A stretch of DNA of 64,000 bases. Origin: Leptolyngbyaceae cyanobacterium. GTDB taxonomy: Bacteria; Cyanobacteriota; Cyanobacteriia; Phormidesmidales; Phormidesmidaceae. How positions within the stretch are numbered: the first letter of the stretch is position 1; each line of letters starts with the position of its first letter. Under the pieces are notes generated by a model, which saw nothing but the letters and a program-made list of their open reading frames with translations, did not search any database and was not told the origin of the DNA. Below, one piece after another: positions 43,198-52,614 of the stretch. Where the stretch lies: assembly GCA_050331235.1 (NCBI GenBank), contig JBHJHA010000035.1:79311-143310 (forward strand), in the 5' to 3' direction. Both the position numbers and the translations under genes were made by a program.

Positions 43198-43562
43198 ACC
43201 TAACGATACGAACGGAGCAGAACGCCAATCATGAACGCAGCGTTAACTTAATCTAAAGGACAAAGTAGGGATTTGAGAGGGGGGCAAATGTCAACTTTTA
43301 TTGCCTGCCTACAGAATTTTCAAGCTGCAAGGAGGGAACTCGCTGCCTGCTGTAGGCTCCAGTGGGCGACGAGTTCCCTCTTGGGCTGTGCGATCGCGCT
43401 GAGATGGTGCACAACGTCAGTTCTCCTTAAGCAAATCTCACAGTCAATTAGTCGTGAGGGCTGCGGATTGCCTCTTGGGACAGGCTAGGGAAAATTTTCC
43501 GGTAAACTGAAGTGTCCCAGCTCTACCCCGACCGCTGAGCCTCTCCGATAAGGGGAGGAAGT

Positions 43563-43677
43563 TATACTGTCTCTGCGAATCGCGACTACACATAGATTCT
43601 TCAAAGCCCCTTTTTAAGGGGGCAGCGACAGCGGGGGATCTTCAAATCTGTAGCGCTATTACAGAGAATTGGTCTTA
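43563..43677 (+). mobile_element. about 113-bp MITE-like dispersed repeat, copy 3
   Basis: TATACTGTCTCTGCGAATCGCGACTACACATAGATTCTTCAAAGCCCCTTTTTAAGGGGGCAGCGACAGCGGGGGATCTTCAAATCTGTAGCGCTATTACAGAGAATTGGTCTTA. Confidence 0.85.
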
Positions 43678-43713
43678 TTGGTTCACTTAAAATCCTGATC
43701 CCGAACTTAGGTT

Positions 43714-44208
43714 ATGCACACGCTGATTGGCCTCATGGGGCCGGGAGAAACCGCTACCGAGACCGAAATCGATATGGCCTATGCCCTGGGAGCCGCGATC
43801 GCGCAGCAGGGCTGGGCTCTGCTAACGGGGGGGCGAGCTGCGGGGGTGATGGCGGCGGCCAGCCGGGGAGCCCGCGCTCACCAGGGATTGGTTGTGGGTA
43901 TTTTGCCTGACCCAGACCCCACCGCGATGTCATCTTTTGTTGACATTGCTATCTGTACGGGGATGGGGCAAGGGCGCAACGTGATTAATGTGCTGTCGAG
44001 TCAGGTCATTGTTGCCTGTGGGCTCGGAGCCGGAACATTATCTGAAATTGCCCTGGCGATCAAGTTGCAAAAGCCACTGATCTTGATGTTGGTGTCACCA
44101 GCAATGGTAAGGGATTTACAAAAATTATCGGCTGCCCAGATTGCACTCGTTTCTGAAGTTGATGACGCGATCGCACATATCCAACAAGCCCTATTGCTGC
44201 ATCCCTGA
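43714..44208 (+). CDS. SLOG/LOG-family nucleotide-binding protein (TIGR00725-like)
   Basis: LLTGG...GVMAAASRGA, TGMGQGRN and GAGTLSEIALA. Confidence 0.88.
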   Translation: MHTLIGLMGPGETATETEIDMAYALGAAIAQQGWALLTGGRAAGVMAAASRGARAHQGLVVGILPDPDPTAMSSFVDIAICTGMGQGRNVINVLSSQVIVACGLGAGTLSEIALAIKLQKPLILMLVSPAMVRDLQKLSAAQIALVSEVDDAIAHIQQALLLHP

Positions 44209-44522
44209 ATCCATCAAGACACGCCGAATCGTGACGCGATTAGACAGTTCATTAGAGTGATATGACGAGTCTATACTAATCCTGAGGGGGTTTTGCGGTC
44301 TTTCTCAGTTCAAATTGGGGCTGCGTTTTTGCCGAAGCAGACGCTTTAGAAACAGCATGGACAAATGGCCATCATGAACTCGTACCCGAGTTTCATGAAT
44401 CACTGTTGAGAAGTGCTCAAGCCGCGCCTGATTAGCAGGAAGAAATACTAATCTTCGGGCTTTGGCGTTAATAATAGGATGTCTGCTGGCCCTTGCCATA
44501 GCCCTTTACTCACAACCTCGCT

Positions 44523-44819
44523 ATGCCTGAAGACTCCACTTCCAAAGATGAGTTTTTGCTGCCCCGTAGTTCCTACCGGGGCAAGCCATCGCTGCCTAAC
44601 TTAACCTTTAACTCTAATTTGCAAGAGTTTGCTCAACGGGTTTCCTACATTTGCAATCTAGAAACAGGAGGCAAGGTCGACCCGGATGAAGCCTACCGCC
44701 AAATCAGACTGCTCTGGAAACAGCTCAAGTCATCTAAAAAGAATTTGCTTGATACCACCCTGCCCGACATTGGCCCTGAGGATCTGCCTGACGATACCGA
44801 AGATTCGGATGCTAATTAG
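44523..44819 (+). CDS. conserved cyanobacterial hypothetical protein
   Basis: FLLPRSSYRG...NLTFNSNLQEFAQRVSYICNLETGGK...AYRQIRLLWKQLK motif. Confidence 0.85.
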   Translation: MPEDSTSKDEFLLPRSSYRGKPSLPNLTFNSNLQEFAQRVSYICNLETGGKVDPDEAYRQIRLLWKQLKSSKKNLLDTTLPDIGPEDLPDDTEDSDAN

Positions 44820-46141
44820 GGAGGCGTAGCCTGACGTTGCTGCATTCGGTCATAGATATAGCGAGCCACAGCCGGAAATGCGGTTACATCGCCCGTCGAG
44901 TACATCGGGTCATTGGCAAACATGACCAGCACAAAGCGCGTTTGGTTGTCCGGTGAGATGATGATGGCGGCTTCTTGACGACCCTCATCAAAGGTGAATC
45001 CGAGCTTTGTGTAAAGCTGCACATCCGGTGGTAAATATTCCCCAAAAAAACCGGCGATCGCATTGGATTCTGTCGTCTGCCAAATCGCGGGATCGGTACT
45101 GTGGCGCAGGTGCGCTTTGAGGCGATCGCTGTATTCCGCCGCCACTGCCTGCCCAGTTTCGATTTCGTAGAGTAGTCGTGCCGCCGCCCGTGTCGTTAAG
45201 TAATTTCTGGTGAGGGGATGCTCTTTCCCGAGCGTTTCTCCTGCCGCAAACTGTAAATCTCGACCCGTTCGCTCAGTCATGCCCAAGTCGGGAACGGGAA
45301 ACGTTTTGTGCGCAATGTTCAGATCGGGGTAGTGCGCTCGCAAGAAGTAATCGTTGATCGTTTGCCGCGCTGCCAACCAGTCTGCCCAGTCATTCCCGGT
45401 GAGGCTAGCTCCAGACTGTGTCTGGGTGACCGCATCGAGGACGCGACTAGCCGCCCCGTTGTTGGAATAGTGCACCGTCAGCAGTTCATCATCGGGATGC
45501 AGGGCTGCCTCCGGCGACATCCGCCCTGTTTGGTAGTGATTGTAAAGTGCCACTAACCAAAACAGCTTGACCACACTCGCGGGATAGCGAGCTTGCTGAT
45601 CTTGAAACTGTGCATACTGACAGCAGGGAGCTTTTAAATCAACCAAACTAACCGACACCACATCGGTCGGTAACCCCTTATCTGCCAAGAGGCCAACGGC
45701 TCCCCAGACGATGCGCTCTAGAGCGTGGGGTGAGGCACTAGAGGCCTCGGCGACAAATGGCGGTGGATTGGCCACCGGATAGCGCGGCTGGTCAAAATGG
45801 CTGGCAGCCTGGTAAAAGTCCAGCCCTTGGGTCAGGGTTGTGGGCACCGTTTGCCAGGGCGATCGCCAGCTAACCGGCGGCACTGACCGACAGTTGGGGT
45901 GAGGGCTGACATCGCCTCGGGAAGGCGAGATGCGTGTACAGAGATTGGCGGCGAGGGGCGGTGCTGAAGTCCGGCTTTGCCACAGCGCTAGCCCCGCAGC
46001 TAACAAGCTGCCCGCGACAAACCCGCCCAGGGATAAGATCAGCCATCGGACTGGCAGCTGTTTTGACCGATAGTGGGGAGGCGCTTCCATAGACAATCGG
46101 ATTACCCTTGGGGATGAATGGGACTGCTCAGCCAAGACCAC
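44816..46141 (-). CDS. serine hydrolase of class A beta-lactamase fold, membrane-anchored; start uncertain
   Basis: One TM segment, YPASVVK (SxxK), SNN (SxN) and TKLG (KTG-like). Confidence 0.85.
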   Translation of the reverse strand: MVLAEQSHSSPRVIRLSMEAPPHYRSKQLPVRWLILSLGGFVAGSLLAAGLALWQSRTSAPPLAANLCTRISPSRGDVSPHPNCRSVPPVSWRSPWQTVPTTLTQGLDFYQAASHFDQPRYPVANPPPFVAEASSASPHALERIVWGAVGLLADKGLPTDVVSVSLVDLKAPCCQYAQFQDQQARYPASVVKLFWLVALYNHYQTGRMSPEAALHPDDELLTVHYSNNGAASRVLDAVTQTQSGASLTGNDWADWLAARQTINDYFLRAHYPDLNIAHKTFPVPDLGMTERTGRDLQFAAGETLGKEHPLTRNYLTTRAAARLLYEIETGQAVAAEYSDRLKAHLRHSTDPAIWQTTESNAIAGFFGEYLPPDVQLYTKLGFTFDEGRQEAAIIISPDNQTRFVLVMFANDPMYSTGDVTAFPAVARYIYDRMQQRQATPP

Positions 46142-46314
46142 CTACTGGTCACGTCATGGCTGCCGAGATTATAGAAGACCTCTCTCAACCTGAACGACTT
46201 TACTTACGATCGCTCGAACGGATGTGGCCTCGCCCAAGTCCAGCAGTTGGCGGTGGTAACACCAATGGCCCAAAATTATGGCAGCGATCGCACCTCTCTC
46301 AGCAAGGAGACTTT

Positions 46315-48030
46315 GTGGCAACTGAACAACAGTTTGTACTGGACTTAACGGTCGCCCTCGGGGCCTCGGCAGTCAGTGGATATCTGGCCCATCGCCTGCG
46401 GCAGCCTGCCCTCTTGGGTTACTTAGCTGCTGGCCTCCTAATCGGCCCCTCCGGCTTCAAACTGCTCAATGATGTGCAGCAAATCCGCGACCTCGCTGAA
46501 ATTGGCGTAGCCTTTCTATTGTTTGCACTGGGCGTAGAATTTTCGTTGGCAGAGCTGCGTCGAGTTAGAAAAATTGCCGTTCAAGGTAGCCTGCTGCAAA
46601 TTGGCCTGACCACCCTACTGGTGCTCGCCATCTCGCTGTTGACCGGTTGGGCGACATCTCCCTTACAAGGCATTTTTCTCGGCTTTGTCCTCACACTGTC
46701 GTCCACTGCCGTCGTCCTCAAAATCCTGACCGAACGGGGCGAAACGATGGCCCTGCATGGCCAACTAATGCTGGCGTTGCTAATCGCTCAAGATTTGGCC
46801 CTGGGGTTGATGCTGGCGTTTTTACCAGCGCTCGATCAGCCAGAGAAGTTTTGGGGGGTCCTATTAGCTGCCGTGCTCAAGTTTGCGCTGTTTTTAGGCG
46901 GTGCGATCGCCGTGGGACGGTGGTTCATTCCCGCACTTATGCGCACCGTTGCCGCGACCGAAAGCCAAGAGCTCTTTTTGCTCACAACGATCGCGATTTG
47001 TCTCAGCGTCGCGTGGATTACCGCTAAATTGGGCCTATCCATTGAGCTGGGTGCCTTTGTGGCGGGCCTCATGATTGCCGAAGTGGATTATTCCGAGCAG
47101 GCCTTGGGGCGCGTACTGCCCCTGAGAGACACCTTTGCTTGTCTATTTTTTGTTTCGGTGGGGATGCTCATCGACCCGCAGGTGCTATCTGAGAATTGGG
47201 CCGTCATTTTGGGCCTCGTCACTATCGTTATGGTGGGCAAAGCGCTAATTATCCTGCCCATTATTTTGCGCTTTGGCTATTCGTTTAAAACGGCCCTGCT
47301 GGTCAGTATTGGCCTCAATCAGATTGGAGAATTTTCCTTTGTTTTGTCTATCCAAGGCCTAGATTTGGGGCTCATCAGTGAGCAGCAATATTTACTTCTA
47401 TTGGGGACGACTGCCATTACTTTGGTGCTTACCCCAGCCTGGCTCAGCAGTGCTCCCTTGCTAACCCGTGGCTTACAAAAGCTGCCCTGGGTAAGCGGGT
47501 GGTTACAGCAATATTCTGAGCCGCAACTGCTCTCCATGCCAGAAACCATGAGCAGTCACGTCATTGTTGCGGGCTATGGTCGGGTGGGCCAGGTGATTGT
47601 CAATATTTTGCTCAGTCGGGGCTACGAAGTCCTCGTGATTGAAAATAGCGAGGCGGCCATTCAGCGATTACGGCATCGCCAGATCCCGTTTATCTACGGT
47701 GATGCAGATGCCGAGCAGGTGCTGGACAAAACCTACCTGACTAAGGCTAAAGCCATGGCGATCGCCCTGCCCGACCCCACTAGCACGCGATTGCTGCTCC
47801 AGCGCACCCTGGCCCGTTCACCAAAGCTGGAAGTGATTGCGCGATCACACACCAGCCAAGAGATTGATCTGCTGACGCAAATGGGGGCTCGGGAGGTGGT
47901 GCAGCCCGAGTTTGAAGCGGCCATGGAACTGGGGGCTCATTTGTTGCGCACGTTAGGAGAAGACCGTGACGATATTCAACAAGTGCTCGGGAGCATTCGC
48001 CACGATCGCTATCAAAGCGTCCGGGGCTAG
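46315..48030 (+). CDS. CPA2 cation:proton antiporter with a TrkA-N domain (KefB/C-like)
   Basis: LAEIGVAFLLFALGVE, SSTAVVLK, LIAQD, QIGEFSF and GYGRVG. The GTG at 46315 follows an AGGAG RBS. Confidence 0.93.
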   Translation: MATEQQFVLDLTVALGASAVSGYLAHRLRQPALLGYLAAGLLIGPSGFKLLNDVQQIRDLAEIGVAFLLFALGVEFSLAELRRVRKIAVQGSLLQIGLTTLLVLAISLLTGWATSPLQGIFLGFVLTLSSTAVVLKILTERGETMALHGQLMLALLIAQDLALGLMLAFLPALDQPEKFWGVLLAAVLKFALFLGGAIAVGRWFIPALMRTVAATESQELFLLTTIAICLSVAWITAKLGLSIELGAFVAGLMIAEVDYSEQALGRVLPLRDTFACLFFVSVGMLIDPQVLSENWAVILGLVTIVMVGKALIILPIILRFGYSFKTALLVSIGLNQIGEFSFVLSIQGLDLGLISEQQYLLLLGTTAITLVLTPAWLSSAPLLTRGLQKLPWVSGWLQQYSEPQLLSMPETMSSHVIVAGYGRVGQVIVNILLSRGYEVLVIENSEAAIQRLRHRQIPFIYGDADAEQVLDKTYLTKAKAMAIALPDPTSTRLLLQRTLARSPKLEVIARSHTSQEIDLLTQMGAREVVQPEFEAAMELGAHLLRTLGEDRDDIQQVLGSIRHDRYQSVRG

Positions 48031-48079
48031 CCGTTACGGACTAGGGGCAATTGTGCCCAAACTAATTGCACGTCCGTGA

Positions 48080-48547
48080 TTAATTGAGCTTAGCCGTGCA
48101 TTCCAAAATCAGTCGCTCGTTGATCGTGGCGTAGGGCTGCACCTCTAACGCCCGACGAAAGCAGCGAATAGCCGCCGTGTAGTTTCCCAGACTCATGTGG
48201 CACAACCCCAAGCCGTGTAGCGCCCCAAAGTGATAGGGCACCAGCTCAATCACCGTTTCACAGTCGGCGATCGCCTGCCAATATTGATGCTGCATATATC
48301 GCAACACGGCGCGGCGATTCCAAGCCTCGGCAAAATCTGGCATCGCCTCAACGAGCTCTGACAAAATTTGCTCCGCCTCATCTGGCTTATCCGCCTCTAG
48401 AAGATTTTGACTGCGGATTAAAAGCTGGGCCCCATAGGCTCCTTTTTGGGTGTACCAGAGCCGCCACAGCGCCTCTGTGGCAATCTGTCGCACGTTTTCA
48501 TCGGAGGCCTGCAAATCTTGCAGGAGCGATTGGGCATCGGCTGACAT
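48080..48547 (-). CDS. tetratricopeptide repeat protein
   Basis: PDFAEAWNRRAVLRY and HFGALHGLGLCH TPR units. Confidence 0.88.
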   Translation of the reverse strand: MSADAQSLLQDLQASDENVRQIATEALWRLWYTQKGAYGAQLLIRSQNLLEADKPDEAEQILSELVEAMPDFAEAWNRRAVLRYMQHQYWQAIADCETVIELVPYHFGALHGLGLCHMSLGNYTAAIRCFRRALEVQPYATINERLILECTAKLN

Positions 48548-48905
48548 AGGTCTACTGCACTCAGGAGCAACAATCTCGCCCCCTCGCTGAACCAGCCACT
48601 CACTATCACCCATGGGTGGCTACGGTTCGTACAGGGGCAACCCTCTTTACTGTAAGCAATTTTGGTCGCCCTCTCTCCATGGCACCCGCTCGCGATGGAG
48701 AATTTTATCTCGGGACAAAGAAACCAATGTTCTGATTCCACCAATCAGTTCGCTGTCAACAGTTCAGCGGGCACGAGTCCCATCATGCGAATAACCGGAA
48801 AAGGGGGGCGATCGCCGCTACAACGATGCTTTCTGACCTCTGATCTGCATTCTTGAAAACTGGAGCCATCGGCCTCTAACAGCTAGATGCTGCTGCGTGG
48901 CATCA

Positions 48906-49442
48906 CTAATCCCGTCGCATTAGCCGGACGGAGTCTTCCCCATCTACCCCTGATAGGCAAACTTTGACAATCTCTTCACGGGCGGTCGGTACGACCTTGC
49001 CCACAAAGTTGGGGTGAATTGGCAGTTGTCGATGACCGCGATCGATCAGCACCGCGAGTTGGATCATGTCTGGACGACCGTAGTCACTGACGGCATTCAT
49101 CGCTGCGCGAATCGTTCGCCCACTAAAAATTACGTCATCCACCAGCACCAGCGTTTTACCAGTCAAGTCAAAGTTAATGTTGGTGCGCTCTGGCGTCCGG
49201 ATGCCAATGCTGTCGAGGTCATCACGATAGAATGTAATGTCCAACGCTCCGACGGATACTGACTGCTGTTCTAGATGTTTGATCTGTTCTGCCAGAGCCT
49301 GGGCCAAGGGCACACCACGGGTATGAATCCCAATCAGGGCCAAATCGCTTAGATTTCCGGCTCGCTCAACGATTTCCGACGCCAACCGATTAATCGTGCG
49401 GCGCAGCTCTTCCTGTGACAAGAGTTCTACGAAGTTGGCCAT
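48906..49442 (-). CDS. pyrR: bifunctional pyr operon regulator / uracil phosphoribosyltransferase
   Basis: [34 protein letters not shown] and DRGHRQLPI. Confidence 0.96.
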   Translation of the reverse strand: MANFVELLSQEELRRTINRLASEIVERAGNLSDLALIGIHTRGVPLAQALAEQIKHLEQQSVSVGALDITFYRDDLDSIGIRTPERTNINFDLTGKTLVLVDDVIFSGRTIRAAMNAVSDYGRPDMIQLAVLIDRGHRQLPIHPNFVGKVVPTAREEIVKVCLSGVDGEDSVRLMRRD

Positions 49443-49711
49443 ACATCCCCGAGTAAGCCTGTGGCTTGCTGCCCATTGCGATCGCCAGTGATAGAAAGCC
49501 TGACCCTGCTCAATCTTTGTCGACCTACCGCCGCGATCGTCAGCTATTCCCCCGGCGAGTTTAGGGGAGAGCGCTAGGCCACAAGCAGATGTTCCATCAT
49601 CCGTAAGGTTACCTTGTCTCAGGTCTTGGTTGGTCGTTTCCCCCCCTGATTGGATGGACCAAGACAGCTAATCTGCTAAATCTTTCACCTCAATGGCAAT
49701 AGAGGGCAGCT

Positions 49712-50710
49712 CTATCCCACGGTGAATAGCCCGTAGCGTATGGATAATAGGCTGGTACCCACAAATAACCAGATCAAAGTCGCCCATCGAGTCAGCTCCA
49801 GTCCCTGCTGGATGGTCATGACTGTAATCGGCTGATTAGGATCGCCAAGCAATGGTTTGGCTTTCACCTCACCGTGATAAGCATTGAGCCCACCTAATTG
49901 AATGCCCAGGGCAGCCGCATAGGCACATTCGCTCCAGCCAGCATTGGGGCTCGGATCGGCTGGCGCATCACGACGACATAGCGTCCAGACTCGGCGCGGG
50001 CGGCGAGCCAGCAGGGCAATAGTGCCCACTGTCAGCCGACAAGGCAGCCAGGTGGCAACATCTTCGCTCCGCGCGCTAAACCAGCCGAGATCTCGGTAGG
50101 GAGGGCTGCGATAGCCTACCATCGAGTCTAAGGTGCTCAACGCCTTATAGGCCATGGCTAAACCTACCCCTAGTGGTGGGGCGATCGCTGTGCCCAATAT
50201 CATGTAAAACAGCGGCGCCATTACCCCATCCGTGGCATTTTCGCTCACGGTCTCCATGACCGCGCGCAAAATCTCTGCCTCTGAAAGCTGCTCGGTGTCA
50301 CGTCCCACATACAGACTGAGTTGGGTCCTCGCAGCAGTGATATCGCCTTGCGTTAGCGGTGTCAAAACGTCTTCAGCCGCCCGTCTGAGACTGCGCGCCG
50401 CTAAACAGCTGGCCAGTAGCACAATCGCTGTAGCGGTACCGAGCCATGGCTGTAGCTGCCGAGCCAGCGTCACGAGTCCCACGGCGATCGCTCCACTCAC
50501 CACCGGCAAGCCCAGGCCCAAAACCAGGCCCGCTAGCCGTTGCCCCTGGGGCGATAGGTTCCAGGGCTGAAGCCAACGCTGATAACGGTGGATTGCCTGC
50601 CCCATGAACTGGACAGGATGAGGCCAGCTCCACGGATCCCCCACCCAAAAGTCAACGATGCCAGCCAACAGCGGCAGTAAGATCACCCCACTAGACCACA
50701 AAGCTGGCAT
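49712..50710 (-). CDS. cbiB: adenosylcobinamide-phosphate synthase (CobD/CbiB); start uncertain
   Basis: GDPWSWPHPV, VGRDT, SENATDGVMAPLFY, LDSMVGY and PSPNAGWSE. Confidence 0.94.
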   Translation of the reverse strand: MPALWSSGVILLPLLAGIVDFWVGDPWSWPHPVQFMGQAIHRYQRWLQPWNLSPQGQRLAGLVLGLGLPVVSGAIAVGLVTLARQLQPWLGTATAIVLLASCLAARSLRRAAEDVLTPLTQGDITAARTQLSLYVGRDTEQLSEAEILRAVMETVSENATDGVMAPLFYMILGTAIAPPLGVGLAMAYKALSTLDSMVGYRSPPYRDLGWFSARSEDVATWLPCRLTVGTIALLARRPRRVWTLCRRDAPADPSPNAGWSECAYAAALGIQLGGLNAYHGEVKAKPLLGDPNQPITVMTIQQGLELTRWATLIWLFVGTSLLSIRYGLFTVG

Positions 50711-51134
50711 TTTCTCCCTGGGATGCTTGCCAACTCCGGGCATCAAAATATAAATCTTCTAGTGAAATATGAAATAGGGCATCTTTCATCTGTGCATGTA
50801 GTCGCTTCCAAATGCCGTATGTGACCCAGTCCTCTACCTGCCCTGCCTCGGGCATATCCCGCAGCAGTGGGGTAGCCGTTTCCCCCACGGCTACCAAAAT
50901 CTCTCCGAGGGAAATTTGCGCGGCCGGCTTTGCTAACCGATAGCCACCTTGGGCCCCGCGGACCGAAACCACCAAGCCCGCCCGCCGCAGCTCAATCAGC
51001 AGTTTCTCTAAATAGGGGGCCTGTAAATTCTGGCGCTGGGCGATCGCTCTTACCGAGGCCAAACTCTCTATCGGTTGCAAGCTCAAATCCAATAAAGCTT
51101 TCACACTGTAATGCCCACGCTTTGTTAGTTTCAT
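50691..51134 (-). CDS. Rrf2 family transcriptional regulator with no Cys
   Basis: MKLTKRGHYSVKALLDL, YLEKLL and SVRGAQGGYRLA. Confidence 0.93.
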   Translation of the reverse strand: MKLTKRGHYSVKALLDLSLQPIESLASVRAIAQRQNLQAPYLEKLLIELRRAGLVVSVRGAQGGYRLAKPAAQISLGEILVAVGETATPLLRDMPEAGQVEDWVTYGIWKRLHAQMKDALFHISLEDLYFDARSWQASQGENASFVV

Positions 51135-51900
51135 GGGTGCCAGCTAACATTTCCAACTCAACGCCGACCAACTCACCCCCCCGAGGCCATGGCTGAGTGG
51201 TCAGAGCAAACAAACTCAAGACATCCACCACCATAAAAGAAAAATGTGAGTTCCAGCAGGGGATGGGTTCAGGCCACACGGCTAGCACTCCCGAAATAAA
51301 GGTCCATTGCTCCATCGGCATCCACAAATGAATTTCGATGACCAAACCGTACCTGAGCTGCGAATTCGCAGATAAGACCTTGAATGAATCAGTCCGATCG
51401 CTCGCTGTCTACTGCAACCACTTAAACAGCAATTAAGGGAAAGTTCTTATCACTAGGGCCTACTCCCCGTATTGGCGGGTTGCAGTCCTTATGAGCAGAG
51501 TACTTGACGGCCAAGGATGAGCCGCTGTGTCAATCACCGTGTGGCGGCGAAGCGATATCCGGCCATCCCATGAGGCAATGAACATCGCAATGTTACGCCC
51601 ATAGTTTTGTGCCGTGAACATCAGCAGATGAAAGCCCTACTACAACGACTCGCCGACACTCAAGGGTTTGGTTCGAGGCTGATTTTTCACGGTACCAGGC
51701 AAGTCTTAAATGCATAGTTCAATCAATCATCAAATTTGAAACACATATTTTTCATAATCAACGTTAATGCAAAGTAACAAAATTCGATTGTTCTGATTTC
51801 TGGATTTGGGATTACAGTTAGTGTCAATAGGATTAGATACATTGCTGGGCTGATTCTAAGTTCTGTATGTCGAACTGTTGTAGATTGCGAGACATCAACC

Positions 51901-52293
51901 ATGGCCGAAAAACAAGAGGTTGAGATGCTAACCGGTCAAGCACTGGTGCAAAAAGTTAAAGAGCTGGAAGACCACACAAAAGAAGAAAAAGCCAAGGCGT
52001 GTGGATACTATACGATCACTAAAAATGGCACCAAGCGCGTCAACATGATGAAATTCATGAACGCCTTGATTGCGGCTGAAGGCATCGAGCTCGACAGCGA
52101 ACAAAGCACCAATGGTCGCGGTGGTCGAAGCGCCAGTTATCGCATTACAGTTCAGTCCAACGGTAATTTATTAATCGGCTCAACCTACACCAAGCAAATG
52201 GGATTGCAGCCAGGCGATGAGTTTGAGATCTCCTTGGGCCGTAAACATATTCATCTCAAACAGCTAACGGACGGTGAAGATGATGAGGAATAA
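51901..52293 (+). CDS. cyanobacterial AbrB-like regulator (cyAbrB2/Sll0822-like by recollection)
   Basis: LTGQALVQKVKEL...ACGYYT...RVNMMKFMNALI...SYRITVQSNGNLLIG...GDEFEISLGRKHIHL. Confidence 0.92.
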   Translation: MAEKQEVEMLTGQALVQKVKELEDHTKEEKAKACGYYTITKNGTKRVNMMKFMNALIAAEGIELDSEQSTNGRGGRSASYRITVQSNGNLLIGSTYTKQMGLQPGDEFEISLGRKHIHLKQLTDGEDDEE

Positions 52294-52614
52294 ATCTCTG
52301 CAGCAATCTTTGGATGAGATTAGTTTCTTAAGGCGCTGCCAGAAAACTTGTTCCTGTCAACGTATCTTCATCGTGCGATTAGCCCACTTTGGCTGGGTGA
52401 TTGTTGGTTGGCTGCACAGTCGCGATCGCCGCAAGATTTTACTTGAACAGTAGCACAGCTGAGGAATCCAGCCATTTTGTACATTGCACATTCACTCGCG
52501 AGTGAGTGCCCCTAATTGATGGAGAGCGATTCTATTTGGCATTTGGCCCACCTTGCCAACTATTAGGCACTGCGAATTCTATTTGCTTTGGGGTGTTTGT
52601 ACTAATTAATTGAT

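Noticed and set aside
4190..43677. CRISPR interpretation of the repeats
   Set aside because: The copies are about 113 bp, roughly 20 kb apart, with no spacers or cas genes.
49443..49711. PyrR-binding attenuator upstream of pyrR
   Set aside because: Only a loose GTCTTGGT/ACCAAGAC inverted repeat is present; the PyrR-binding loop consensus is absent.
51183..51210. tRNA-Ser-like D-arm string ATGGCTGAGTGGTC
   Set aside because: No anticodon stem, T-loop or acceptor pairing follows.
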